Part shown: positions 12,837 to 25,712 of the stretch, piece by piece
Layout of the letters: the number at the start of each line of letters is the position of its first letter
Position numbering within the stretch: position 1 is the stretch's first letter
NCBI RefSeq assembly: GCF_018350175.1
Contig: NC_058368.1
Location: forward strand, 106,704,001-106,768,000
Source of the DNA: Felis catus
Lineage: Eukaryota
Direction: 5' to 3'
DNA length: 64,000 nucleotides
Translations under genes and position numbers: made by a program
The notes under the pieces: model-generated
The model's database searches: none
Seen by the model: only the letters and a program-made list of their open reading frames with translations
Told to the model about the DNA's origin: nothing

Positions 12837-13275
12837 AGGAAATAAAACCCTTTAGATATCTACATATATCATAGGAAAATGAGTAAAAGTCAAAGATACA
12901 AAAAATGAGTTTTGAATTGTCCAAAGAGATGCATTTCACAGGGGAAACAATGTTAACATTGATGATTGACTTCCTGTCGGAAAAAAATGAATATAAAAAA
13001 CAATAAAAATGGTATCTCTAATGTATGGGGCTGGGGGAACCCTATCAACAAAAATTCTTAATGAATTCTTAAAAGTGCTTTCTTAATCTATCAAAGGGTA
13101 TCTATGCACATATACACAAAAATCTGCAGTTAACAACATACTTAATGTTGAAAACCAAATATTTTCCATTAGAACTGGAAGCAAGGCAAAGATATCAATG
13201 CTTACCACTTCTATTCAGTTTTGTACTCAAGATCATAGCCAATTTAGTAAGGTGGGAAAAAGAAAAAAACAGTTC

Positions 13276-13310
13276 TTTTTTTTAATGTTTATTTTTGAAA
13301 GAGAGAGAGA

Positions 13311-13394
<84 letters not shown>

Positions 13395-13525
13395 CAGAGA
13401 GAGGGGGAGACACAGAATCCAGGCTCTGTGCTGTCAGCTCGATGCAGGGCTCGAACCTATGAAATGCAACATCTTGATCTGAGCCAAAGTTGAATGCTTA
13501 ACCAACTGAGTTACCCAGGTGCCCC
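13276..13525 (-). mobile_element. CanSINE with expanded compound (TG)n(AG)n tract at 13314-13391
   Basis: Antisense SINE whose CT region has become a compound microsatellite. Confidence 0.9.
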
Positions 13526-13702
13526 AAGTAACAAAAGTTCTAAATATTGGAAAGAAAAAAATAAAAAAAATATTTCTCTTCACAGATAATATACCTCAGT
13601 TCGAATAAAAATGTAAGAAATATAGCAGAAAAATTGCCAGAAGTTATAATTGGATTTTTTAAGCACATAGAATATAAAGTCAATTTATAAAAATTTTATT
13701 TA

Positions 13703-13922
13703 GGGGCACTGAAGTAGCTCAGTCTGTTGAGCATCTGACTCTTGATTTCGGCTCAGGTCATGATCTCATGATTCAGCGGATTGAGCCCCACGTTGGGCTC
13801 TGCGCTGACAGCTGGGAGCCTGCTTGGGATTCTCTCTCCCTCTCTCTGCCTCTCCCCACTCTCTCTCACACACACACACACACACTCTCTCTCTCTCTCA
13901 AAATAAATAAATAAACTTAGAA
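13703..13922 (+). mobile_element. CanSINE with internal (CA)n
   Basis: ggggcactgaagtagctcag head; TSD aattttattta. Confidence 0.9.
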
Positions 13923-15317
13923 AACAATTTTATTTATGTATAATGAAAATGTACAATTGGAATAATGTTATAGTAACTTCCAAAACCATAAAAAATTTAA
14001 GAATAATTTTAAAAAATATGTGTAAAACCTCTAAAATGATACCTACAAAGCACTGAGAGAGCTGAGAGAAATTAAATATCTAAATCAAGGTTTTTATTTG
14101 TTGGAAGACTATTACTGAGATTTTCATCTTACCCACATTGAGTGAGAGTCACTATAATCTCAATGAAAGTCGGTGCCAGCTTTTTTTGTAGAAATTGGCG
14201 AGCTGATTCCAACATGTATTTGGAAAAATAAAGGACATAGAAGAATCAAAACAATTTTGTAAAAGAAGGACAAACGGGGTGGATTTAAATGATCTGATTT
14301 CAAAACTTATTATAAAGATTTGGTAATCAAAACAATGGGATTTTGGCAGAAACTTCGCAGGATAGATGAATGAAACAGAATAAAGAATCTCGAAATATAC
14401 CCATATATATATGGTCAACTGACTCTCAAAACCCCACCAGTATTACTGAGTGATGGGAAGATAGTCTATTAATGAAATGGCTCTACAACATCTGGATATC
14501 CATGTGAAAAAAATGAATTTCAATCCTGCTTTACACCTTGTGTGATGTTAATTCATAATGGAGCATAGAAAGCTATGTGATATAGCTACAGCTGTCAAAC
14601 TCTTAGTCAAAAAACAGAAGATCTACATGACTATAGGGAGGGTAATGATTTTCTTGGATAGAATATAAGAAAAGCACTAATCAAAAGTTCTTGAAAATAA
14701 TCATTTGGACTTCTTCAAAATTTAAATCATCTCATGTGCAAAATACATTGATATGAAAATGGAAAGGCAGTCCCCAGATTGGAGAAAATAGTGGCAATAC
14801 ATCTGTCTACCAAACTATTTGTATTTGAAATATGTGTGTGTGTATGCATATATAGTATATAATATACAAAACTTCAAACTTTAAAACTCAGTAAGAGGGA
14901 TGATCAAATAGAAATGACCTGTATTTGTCCAGTGCTAGCTGGTGATCTTCAATTGCCTAAATGACCTCTTTGAGTTTCATCATTAATGAGGATAGTAGTA
15001 AAGGGTAGAGAATATAAGACATCTTGTATAACATCGGGCCTACAGTGAAGGTTCAATAATTTTATTCCAAACAAATAGTTGTGTAAGATCCTGTGTAAGC
15101 TTGTATTCATGTGGCAGACCTACTATCAGAAATACCATTTGTGGTACTATTATATTGTCATTGTTTTTGCATTTATAGTTTTGTCAGCCCTTATTTAGGG
15201 CTGACATCTTCCTTATTTAGGAAAGTCATCTTCCTTATTTAGGAAATTATAATTTCGTAACATTGGGTGTCAACTACACTCAAAAAAAAATTAGAATTAT
15301 AATTTCATCCCATGTTA

Positions 15318-15530
15318 GGGGTGCCTGGGTGGCTCAGTCGGTTGAACGTCTGACTTTGGGTCAGGTCATGATCTCGCAGTTTATGAGTTCGAATCCCACA
15401 TTGGGCTCTGTGCTGACAGCTCACAGCCTGGAGCCTGCTTCGGATTCTGTGTCTCCCTCTCCCTCTCTGCCTCTTCCCTGCTCGTGCTCTGTCTCTTACT
15501 TTCAAAAATAAATAAACATTAAAAAAATAA
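15318..15530 (+). mobile_element. CanSINE
   Basis: TSD taatttcatcccatgtta / taatttcatcccacatta. Confidence 0.93.
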
Positions 15531-17219
15531 TAATTTCATCCCACATTATCTTAGACACATTTAAGAACCCTCTGTTAGTGCTGAAGATACACTGGAGTGC
15601 TTTTATTTTGTCTTCTCTTACATTGCTAGGGAAAGTTAGTGACAAGGGAGGCAATGATGAACAATGGTTAGTTAAGAATGTGGCTTTTAAGAATTTATAA
15701 TATTAGAATAAAATATAGCACACAACAAATTCCTTCTTCAGAAAAATGAAATTGGAAATGAGGAATGAAATTGTCACACTATTGGTGGGGTGAGACAAAA
15801 CTTGCATAGAGAGTATGATCCTAGTACTACACGTATATTTATACATATTAGTTGTATACAGTGAATTTAGTTAGGCAAATACATGGAAATAAAAATGGAG
15901 AAATATACTTTAAAATGTTAACTGTAAGTACTACTCCTAGATAGTGGGATTGTAGGCTAATGTTTTAACTTTATTCTTGTATTTTTCAAATTTCTGTAAG
16001 AAATATATTACATTTTAATGGGAAAAATATGAATTAGTAATCAAATTATGAGTGTCATCCTCTTTAGTCTCAGAAGTAGTATTTCAAACACCTAACAACC
16101 ATGAGAAGGATGACAGATTTCATTAGCTGACAATTCTGTAAAAACCACTGTCTAAACAGAATTTCTGCTCCAGACCCAAAGAAAAGCCTGGGGTGAAATT
16201 TGCTATGGTTTTGCTGAGCCACTTCATGTTTTATGGGGCAAAAAAATCTTTGTACACCTTTCATCCCTTTAGTAGAAATGTTGTCTTCGCTTTTTTGTAC
16301 TATTCTAGGTAGGACTTAGAATAGGACCAAGTAGATTTTTTTTAAATCACAACAGGAATAAAAAAAGAAATAAAACAGAAATAGCAAAATTGGTGATTGA
16401 AAATAGGAAAAAAAAACTATCAAAGTATATAGACACATAAAATATTAATAGATACTGACAACTAATGCTACCTTTACCTCCCGGTGGGGCTAAGATTTAT
16501 TTGGAGGATTCCTGTTTCTCCATATCACTTCTTATCAGTGCCATAACAATGAAAATCAGTGCACTAGAGGGAATGTTATTTCCAAGTGACCTAGCACCAT
16601 TTGATTAGTAAAGTCTAAATGAAAGGTTTGAGTAATTGAGGTAGAAGTATCCCTTTTACACTAAGTATCCCTTAGTGTAAACATGAAGGTGATCAGATCT
16701 TTAGCTTCATGTGGAAGTTGTGAAAGATAAAATAAAAATTTAAATCTCTGTGCATTCCATGGTGGATTCCATCCACGTGGGACAAGTTGACTGACCAACT
16801 TCCACAATATTCTCCCCTTAGATTATTAAGCAGTGTTATGCTATGTGAACATAGTAGTAGGAAGGAGTTTTAGATAGCTCTTAATTTTGGTTTCAACTAA
16901 ACAATGTTTTTATAAATTCAAACCTATCTGCAGTAATATATTTGTTAAATTGTTCTATGATACTGAAATAAATAATTTAAAGCTGACTCAGTGGTTGTAG
17001 GCTCACAGTTACAAAAACACAAAGCATGTCCTCCCGGCTGTCAACTCTATGATTTCTCCACGTAATTTTCACATTTCTCTTTGAAATCATGCAGAAGACA
17101 TAAGTTTCTCTTGAAAATGCTCTTAAATTTACAATACAATTTAATTACTGATAACTTTGCCTTTCATATTTATGAAGATGTTTTTGGTTTATGTACAGTA
17201 CTTTTGAAAGTTAGTTTTA

Positions 17220-17443
17220 TTTATTTTTATTTTTTTTTAACGTTTATTTATTTTTGAGACAGAGAGAGACAGAGCATGAATGGGGGAGGGTCAGAGAGAG
17301 AGAGGGAGACACAGAATCTGAAACAGGCTTCAGGCTCTGAGCCGTCAGCACAGAGCCCGACGCGGGGCTTGAACTCACAAACCACGAGATCATGACCTGA
17401 GCCGAAGTCGGACGCTTAACTGACTGAGCCACCCAGGCGCCCC
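17220..17443 (-). mobile_element. CanSINE (relatively young, CpG-rich)
   Basis: Perfect TSD aaagttagtttta. Confidence 0.93.
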
Positions 17444-20400
17444 AAAAGTTAGTTTTAAACTAACATCATTGGCAAGTAAGATAGGAAATTTAATAAAGTA
17501 TACAAATGGCAGAAATATATTAATTTAATACAACTCATAGAATAATTTTTGAGTGAATCATTTATAGGTATATCCCAGGACACTACAAAACTCGACAATG
17601 AGACTTATTCTCAAATGCATCTTCATTCTTGGAAATTAAAGGCTACATTTCATTTTTTTTCAATATAAATCAGAACTTCAGCAGAATTTATTGGTCTTCC
17701 CACTTGCCAGAGTCTAACAGTATCATTTCCATAAACTCATATTATGAAACTCTGTGATGCAGGCTTCAAGCGCACTGAGCCAACATGAGCCAAAGATGAG
17801 AGAATTTGAATCCACGTGACCATTGATCTAGGCAGCAAACAAATCAATTTCACCCATCACCTCCCCTGAAATTTTGAATATTATGAAGTTAAGAATACAT
17901 TATTCGGGCCTTCTTGAAAAGAAGTTGACAGTGGAAGAATTGAAGATTAAGAATTCTAATCTGATCTGAGGTTTTTAAATCTTGCTCACAATTTATTTTT
18001 TAATTGTACTGAGAAGTCCTTCCAGGGCTTTTGGAGAAAAGAGCTTGCATTTTTAAAAAAATAATTTGTTTTATTCATGTGTTTGTTGAGTAGAAATTGG
18101 CTGTGTGAAGGACTCCAAGTGCCCTTGAAAATAAGCAGTGCATTTGTCATAGTTTTATCGTCTTGTTTAGTTACAGATGAAGTCCCTTGTTTCACATTAT
18201 GTAAATCAAATAGTTCTGTTGCAGCCTCTTGCATTATGATATGATGTACTGTACATTTAGCAAAAGCACATAAAATCCCTTTCCCTCTACATCTGAATAT
18301 ACTTTACCCTCTGTGATTCTTGGCCCTAAGGTGAAGATTTTGCTTTTATGTGATTCTTTAATTTTCTGCATTACCATATTATTCAGTATCATCTGTTGTG
18401 GGTGTTTCTCTCTCCATTTGTTTGCTGGCAAAGGCAACTGCAAAATAGAACTATCCATTATTTAATACAATTCCCCAGGCTTCTTCCTCACTGATCCCGG
18501 GGCCCTTATCACATTACAGAAATGATTGTGTGTCGTCCTCTTCTTTGACTTCAGAGTAAAAGCCTTTTTTACTTTGTATTCTTCCCCTTTACCCACTGCT
18601 TGGCATCGAAGAGGCACCTAATGAATCCAGCAGCCTCCAGTTGTGCAGGTTGTACACCGCACAACAGTAGAGGGAGCTTTTTACATTGTTGTGTACATAA
18701 ATGTATCCCTAGAATTAAGCAATACACACTCTATACAAACAGGCATGGTATCCCTGTGATAAATTTGATTTTTGTATCTTCTGATGCAGAAAAGGGCTAA
18801 GTATATACTTGTAACAAAAAAGTCAGCAAACCTTTTCCATTCCTCTTTATCAGTAATTATATTCAGAATCTGAATGTATTCTACTGCCAAAGAAATATAT
18901 TTTCCTAAATCATTTGTTGTTACTTTTGAGCCACAGAGACTAACTTTACCCAAGTTAAGCACCAAAAGAGGTGTCTCTCTGGAATTCTTCGGTAGATGGA
19001 GAAAATTCTATGTGGTACTTAGCATCAGAGGAAGAATTAAGAAATTAGACATTAAGAAAGACAGTGAAGAAGGACACTAGAAATGTCAACCACTAGGTTT
19101 GGATGATTCAGGGCCATTCATATTTTCTTACTGTATTATTTATTCGCTTTAGATCCTCTGAAAAAGTGGCTTTGGGTCAGGATAGAGTGGGGAGGCAAAT
19201 TCTGTGATTAGAAGCCAGTGACTAGAAAATATGATACATTTGAAGGTGGTTTCTCAGGGGAATGATGCTGGGGGTTAGGGGATAGTTAGGGTCTGCCTCA
19301 GTGGCTGTCAAGGAATCACTTAGATTTTCAAAATGTTTTGTTATAACCCTGGGAATAAGTGTTCCAGTGAATGTTTTGTTTTTATTTCTAAAGTTTTCAG
19401 TTTTGATCTTGAATATTGAAAATGTTGAAAGGATGCTATTCACTGTTTAATTTAGAAGTTTAGCATATGGTAGTTCAAGGATTAATGGGATAAAAGATAA
19501 AATTTAAGTGTGTCTTCCCTCATTTACTTAGAGTTGCCTTTCTAATTAAGGCATGTATTAAAAAAATTTTATTTTACAAAAACAAAGTGAAACTATTAAG
19601 ATACTCAATGCTGATGGACAATCTGCTTATTTAGTTCAGTAAAATTTTCTTTGCTATTTACTTTCTAATAATTAACAGAAATTGACCTACTTTACAACAT
19701 TAATTCGGTTGGAAAGTACACATATGTTAAGGCAGGTACAAGTAATATTGATAAGATTGTATCTTCTACGTAAAAAGAGAAAAGATGATTTGTACAGTGA
19801 ATATTAATCTATCAAGTGATAGCAGCCAGTTTTCAGTTGTCCAGGATGGATTACATAGTTTTTAGATTTATCAGAATAAAAAATAATAGTTTATTTCAGA
19901 AACAAAATTAACATTTTTAGATTAGTGACAACATGTTGTGCTGTTCCTCTTGTTTGGAAATACACAGTTATCAGTAGGTAGCAACTGTAACGTTGCACTG
20001 TGTCTATTGCATTCGGGGTATGATTGACTCCCCTGCAGCCAGATGAGAGGTCTCTAGAGTAGGTCTCTCTAGAGCAAAGATGTCTCTGATAGGCAGTCTA
20101 AAAGCAGGAGCAGAGGAAAACATGGCTGCTAAAACAAACCAAAGCCAAATATTTAAGGGTAGAATTAATTAGCGAGGAAAGGAAAAGGAAAGCATAAGGT
20201 GCAAGAGGGTCTGAGTTTCTGCCTTTCTTGAATCCTGGTGAAGTATTGGAAAAGTGTTCTTAGCTGAGAGACCCACAGGAATAACAAATCTTCAAGTGAT
20301 TCTTTGCACAGAAATTCGTGAGATTGGCAGTCATTCCTGTATTATTTTTGTTGTACATAACTGCAGAATGGTAAACATATTCCTAAATCCTGAATATTAC

Positions 20401-20483
20401 TTAAATATATCAAGTTTATATTAAGTCAGTTATGTGACTTGTGTTGAAATAGATTATTTAAGGTTATGTTTTATCTTCTTTTA

Positions 20484-20696
20484 TTTAAAAATTTTTTTAA
20501 CATTTATTCATTTTTTGTTAGAGACAAAACATGAGTGGGGGAGGGGCAGAGAGAGAGGGAGACACAGAATCCAAAGCAGGCTCCAGGCTCTGAGCTGTCA
20601 GCACAGAGCCCAATGCGGGGCTCGAACTCATGGACCATAAGATCATGACCTGAGCTGAAGTTGAACACTCAACTGACTGAGCCACCCAGGTGCCCC
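20484..20696 (-). mobile_element. CanSINE
   Basis: TSD atgttttatcttctttta / atgttttgtcttctttta. Confidence 0.93.
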
Positions 20697-21366
20697 ATGT
20701 TTTGTCTTCTTTATTGCAACTCTACCTTTGTCTACTTTATTCTAGTAATCAAGGATTGATTCTATATGGAAATCATGTCTGTCAGATATTTGCCAGGAGG
20801 AATAGTAAAAAATTATAATGATTAATTGTTGATAGTAAGTTACATCATTCTGTAGTTCATTCATATCCATGGCTATCCACACATACCCGTTTTTTCCTCC
20901 AATCTTATGGAAAGGAAATAGCAATATTGTAACAATTACTAATGTTTACAATAATTCATAATTCACACATTCCCCACTTGTAGAAAGGTATCTTTGAAAA
21001 AAAAGTTTATTATCAATTGAGGTCAATGTGAACATCTCACTGAGGCAGTTATACAGTCTTTCCATAGTTTGGTAAAAGAAACTGCATGATATAAAGTGTG
21101 ATAATAGAATAAGTCTATATGGCTTGATTCTATGTACATTACGATCTAATCAGGTTAACAATACATATATGTTTCTCTATTCTGATTTCTATATGTTAGG
21201 TCACAAATTATATTCCATTCCTTTAATTATGTGATAATCTGATAATTATGTGATAATGAGATGTTCCCATTATAGACATCTTGGAATTGTAGAAAAAATA
21301 GAATAAAACTCCTTTTATACATACAGATGAGCCAAAAAATTAAAGGCTGTGGCAAAAACAAATAGA

Positions 21367-21393
<27 letters not shown>
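21367..21393. repeat. (CA)n microsatellite
   Basis: Direct reading, about 13 units. Confidence 0.9.
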
Positions 21394-21397
<4 letters not shown>

Positions 21398-21851
21398 CAA
21401 AACACAAAAGAGAGCTTCTGAGGTAAAGTGATAGTTTCCCTGGGAGGAGTTTATTGGACCTAAACCTCTGGGTTCTTGGATTTAACTCCCAGACGAAGAG
21501 AATACTTTGAGGCTTTGCGAGTGTGGCAGTGGAGCTGAAATGATTGCATATAGGCCAGAACCCTTAGATAACTACACCTTTGACTAAAGTATGATCTGGT
21601 AGAAGCTCAGCAAAAGAGCACAGGCTGTCGACAGGAAGCATTCCAGCTCAGCCATGACCGCAAGTTAGGAAAAAACCAGCTCCTCTGGGGATTTGGTACC
21701 ACAAATATGATTTCCACATTGAAACCCTTGTTGAAACCATGCACAACAGTACTCTGAAGGGGCCCTTTCTTGACTCACACCGCACAAGGCTACTGCAAAT
21801 AGAGTGCAACTAAGTTAGTTCACCATAGAATTTCAAAACACAGAATGACAT

Positions 21852-22072
21852 GGGGTGCCTGGATGGCTCAGTTGGTTAAGTGTTCGACTTCAGCTCAGGT
21901 CATGATCTCATGGTTCATGAGTTTGAGCCCTGTGTCAGGCTCTGTGCTGACAGCTCAGACCTGGAGGCTGCTTTGTATTCTGTGTCTCCCTCTGTCTCTG
22001 CCTCTTCCCTGCTCATGTTCTGTCTGTCTCTCTCTCAAAAATGAATAAATATTAAACACAAATAACAACAAC
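21852..22072 (+). mobile_element. CanSINE
   Basis: TSD aacacagaatgaca / aacacaaaatgaca. Confidence 0.92.
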
Positions 22073-23193
22073 AACACAAAATGACAGCATCTTTCATGAT
22101 AAGAGCCAGGAGTCCCAGTAAAGACTAATTTAAAAAGCTGGGATTAAAAAAAAAAACACACACACACAAAAAAACCCTGTTTGCAGGATTAAAAACACCA
22201 AAAAAATCAAAATGTGAGAATAAATTGTTTGAGGGGTAAAAAGTTGATTTGAAAATTGAGGAAAATAAAACAACTATAAAAAAAAGGTACTTATACTTAA
22301 AATCTCACTATCTGAGTTGAAGAGCAGATTAGATGCAGCTGAAGAGAGTACTAGTGGATTGGATGATATATCTGTGGGATGTTTCCAGAAGGCTGCCTCG
22401 AGTGGTTAGCAGATGGAATTACAAAAGAGTTCTTGAGAGTTACAGACATTAGAATGAAAAGAACAAAAATACATTTAAAGACCTAAAGGTATTCTAGCAT
22501 AATAGAAAGAATGTGAGAGGAATACCTACATAGATAATGCTAAGAATTTTTATGTGTCATAGGATCTTCAAATTGGAAAACACCAAGGACCAAAGAAGAT
22601 AAATAAAATCAAAATCAGTACCTAGAAACATCTAGGTGAGACTGCACATCTACAGAGAAATAAAGAAATCCTAAAATTAACCAAAAACCATGTTATATGC
22701 CAATCATATCTCAATAAAATTTAACCAGAAACCAAATGCATGCTGACTTCTATTCTGTATTTATGAATACTAGAAATAAATGAAATGATATTTTTCATGT
22801 GCTGAATTCTGTAAAGTTAACTTAAAATTCTGCACTTAGGCACTGTTCCATTATGAATAAATACACAGGAAACAAAGTCTGGAACATTTTATTATTCATA
22901 GATCCTCCCCGAAGGAGATACTGAACAATGTACTTGCAGAATAACAAGCTCTCTAGAAAGTAATGATACAAGATATTATTGAGAAAATAAATTGATAAAT
23001 ACAGGGGCAAATCTAAATAAGCATTAATGGTGTAGCCGATCTAACTTGTGATTTTAAAAATTGAGATAGAATTATAATATCAGATAAAAATAATATGAAA
23101 GATTGAAGGAAACAGTTGAATTAAAAGCATTATGATGTCCTTTTTTCAGGAGGACACTGAAGATAATTTTTAACTGTAGAAATTTCAATTGAA

Positions 23194-23882
23194 TGTGGCA
23201 CATAGAATAATGTCTGTGTTCTAATCCACAGACCGTGTGACTATGTTACCTTATATGGCAGCAGGAATTTGCAGATGTGATTATGTTAAGGATTTTGAGA
23301 TTGGGAGATTATCCTGGATTATCTAGGGGAGCCTAGGGCAATCACAAGTTATAGGGAAAGAGGGAGGCAAGAGAGTCAGAGAGATGTTAGGATGGTAGTG
23401 ATGAAGTGATGCCATTGTCAGATTTGAAGAGAGAAGGGAATTGTGAGTCAAGAAATACAGGCAGTCTGTAGAAGCTAGAAAAGGCAAGGAAACATAATCT
23501 CACCTAGGGATTCCAGAAGGAACACAGTATTGCCTCTACTTTTTTTTTTTTTTCAACGTTTATTTATTTTTGGGACAGAGAGAGACAGAGCATGAACGGG
23601 GGAGGGGCAGAGAGAGAGGGAGACACAGAATCGGAAACAGGCTCCAGGCTCTGAGCCATCAGCCCAGAGCCTGACGCGGGGCTTGAACTCACATACCGTG
23701 AGATCGTGACCTGGCTGAAGTCAGATGCTTAACCAACTGCGCCACCCAGGCACCCCTTGCCTCTACTTTTATTTTAGCCCAGTGAACTCTAGACTTTGGA
23801 CTTTGAAACTGTAAAATAATACATTTATTTTAAATCACTATATTTCTGGAATTTGTTGCAACAGCAATAGGGAACTAATACA
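23194..23882 (+). mobile_element. MLT1-type (ERVL-MaLR) solo LTR split by a young SINE
   Basis: TGTGG...CA ends; MaLR text tatgttaccttatatggca...gcagatgtgatta...gggagattatcctggattat; terminus aatttgttgcaacagcaatagggaactaataca. Confidence 0.85.
23544..23756 (-). mobile_element. Young felid SINE (SINEC_Fc-like)
   Basis: Nearly identical to 7291-7499; perfect TSD ttgcctctactttt. Confidence 0.94.
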
Positions 23883-24098
23883 ATGTATTTTAAAAGTAAA
23901 AGTAACCATATATTGAACATAACCTAATGTTACTTTTCAAGCAATGGCAGACAGAAGATATAGGAAAATAAAACTAGATAGGAAGAAAGAAAAACAAGAG
24001 AAAAGAGATATAACTTGGGACATAGAATTCACAAATAAGAGAAAAATCCAAATACATCCATAGTAAAGTATTAAATTCACTTATAAAGAGATTATATA

Positions 24099-24318
24099 GG
24101 GGCGCCTGGGTGGCTCAGTCGGTTAAGTGTCCAACTTCAGCTCAGGTCATGATCTCGCAGTCCGTGGGTTCAAGCCCCGCATCGGGCTCTGTGCTGACAG
24201 CTCAGAGCCTGGAACCTGTTTCAGATTCTGTGTCTCCCTCCTTCTCTGACCCTCCCCTGTTCATGCTCTCTCTCTGTCTCAAAAATAAATAAACGTTAAA
24301 AAAAATTAAAAAATAAAT
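24099..24318 (+). mobile_element. CanSINE
   Basis: TSD agattatata. Confidence 0.93.
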
Positions 24319-24502
24319 AGATTATATAAACATGTTTATAATTTTAACCATATGCTGTTTATAAGAGACTTAGAGAAAATGAAAGCTGAAAGTAAAGAAA
24401 AAAGATATACCAGGCAAATATTAATGTATTACTAATATATTAATTTTTGTTAATATCAGACAAAATAGACTTTAACAGGGAAAATATTAGGATAAGTAGG
24501 AT

Positions 24503-24547
24503 TTCCATTCCATTCCATTCCATTCCATTCCATTTACAATTCCATTC
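24503..24547. repeat. (CATTC)n pentanucleotide repeat
   Basis: About 6 tandem units plus one degenerate unit. Confidence 0.85.
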
Positions 24548-24724
24548 AATAGTAAAAACTAAATCAAAATAAGTTATAAAAGTTCAGAGATAACTTAGTT
24601 TCATTGTAAGGCAAAAATTAGAATCACAAGGAAACAAATTTATAACCACAGTGGAATTTTAACATTTCTTTTTCATGAACAAATTTAAAAATAAATTCAG
24701 AATTTCTCATTTTCTTAAGCCATT

Positions 24725-24927
24725 TTATTTTATTCTATTTTTTTAATGTTCATTTTTGAGTGCAAGTGGAGGTGGGGCAGAAAGAGAGGGAGACACAGAA
24801 CCCGAAGCAGGCTCCAGGCTCTGAGCTCTCAGCACAAAGCTGGACACAGAGCTCGAACTCATGGACCATGAGATCATGACCTGTGCCGAAGTTGGATGCT
24901 TAACTGATTGAGCCACCCAGGCTCCCC
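24725..24927 (-). mobile_element. CanSINE
   Basis: Perfect TSD tcttaagccatt. Confidence 0.92.
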
Positions 24928-25009
24928 TCTTAAGCCATTATGTATCAGAATTTGTTAGCTAGATCTAATGGGCATGTATAGCTTGTCCCCAAACAATTTG
25001 AGAATAAAC

Positions 25010-25440
25010 ATTTTTTTCAAGTTTTGATTCCAGGATAGTTAACACACATTGTTATATTAGTTTTAGGTGTACAAGTTAGTGATTCAACAATCCTATACCT
25101 TACTCAGTGCTCATCATGATACATGTACTCTTACTCCCTTTCACCTATTTCGTCTTCCACCCACCTCCCCTCTTGAAACCACCAGTTCTCTGGGGCGCCT
25201 GGGTGGCGCAGTCGGTTAAGTGTCTGACTTCAGCCAGGTCACGATCTTGCGGTCCGTGAGTTCGAGCCCCGCGTCAGGCTCTGGACTGATGGCTCAGAGC
25301 CTGGAGCCTGTTTCCGATTCTGTGTCTGCCTCTCTCTCTGCCCCTCCCCCGTTCATGCTCTGTCTCTCTCTGTCCCAAAAATAAATAAACGTTGAAAAAA
25401 AAAAAAGAAACCACCAGTTCTCTGTATTTAAGAATCTTTT
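25010..25440 (-). mobile_element. Short carnivore L1 3' end, split by a young SINE
   Basis: gttatattagttttaggtgtacaagttagtgattcaacaat...ctcagtgctcatca...aaccaccagttctct; similar to 1856-2150. Confidence 0.75.
25192..25406 (+). mobile_element. Young felid SINE (SINEC_Fc-like)
   Basis: gggtggcgcagtcggtt...cagccaggtcacg...cgttgaaaaa; perfect 17-bp TSD gaaaccaccagttctct. Confidence 0.95.
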
Positions 25441-25462
25441 TTTTTTATTTCTTTACATTTTA

Positions 25463-25532
25463 TTTTTTAATGTTTATTTATTTACTTTAAGAGAAAGAGA
25501 GAGAGAGAGAGAGATAGCAGGAGAGGGGTGGG

Positions 25533-25567
<35 letters not shown>

Positions 25568-25712
25568 CGAGAGAAAAAGAAAGAATCCCGAGCAGGGTCC
25601 ACATTGCTAGCTCAGAGTCCATCGTGGGGCTCAAACTCAAGAGGTGTGAGATCATGACCTGAGCTGAAATCAAGACTAGGACCCTTGACTGACTGAGCCA
25701 CCCAGGCACCCC
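25463..25712 (-). mobile_element. CanSINE (older type) with (GA)n
   Basis: TSD ttatttctttacatttta. Confidence 0.9.

Larger units (their letters stand above)
11575..14900 (+). mobile_element. Old L1 relic (5' region plus ORF1/ORF2 remnants), interrupted by three SINEs
   Basis: A-rich and degenerate, with L1 signatures (caatagaaactgaccctgagataattcagatgttgg; gaagaatcaaaacaattttgtaaaagaag; ttggacttcttcaaaattt); no intact ORF. Confidence 0.72.
21260..25005 (+). mobile_element. Old L1 relic (ORF1 and ORF2-start remnants) hosting nested LTR and SINE insertions
   Basis: gagcagattagatgcagctgaagagag (ORF1-like); catatgctgtttataagagac...gatataccaggcaaata...taatatcagacaaaatagacttta (endonuclease-like). 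Confidence 0.65.

Noticed and set aside
15189..15243. Three CCTTATTTAGG motifs as SRF CArG boxes
   Set aside because: Seven rather than six A/T bases between CC and GG; better explained as a local duplication.
19257..19292. Interstitial telomere or G-quadruplex (two TTAGGG)
   Set aside because: Only two non-tandem units with long loops; compatible with chance.
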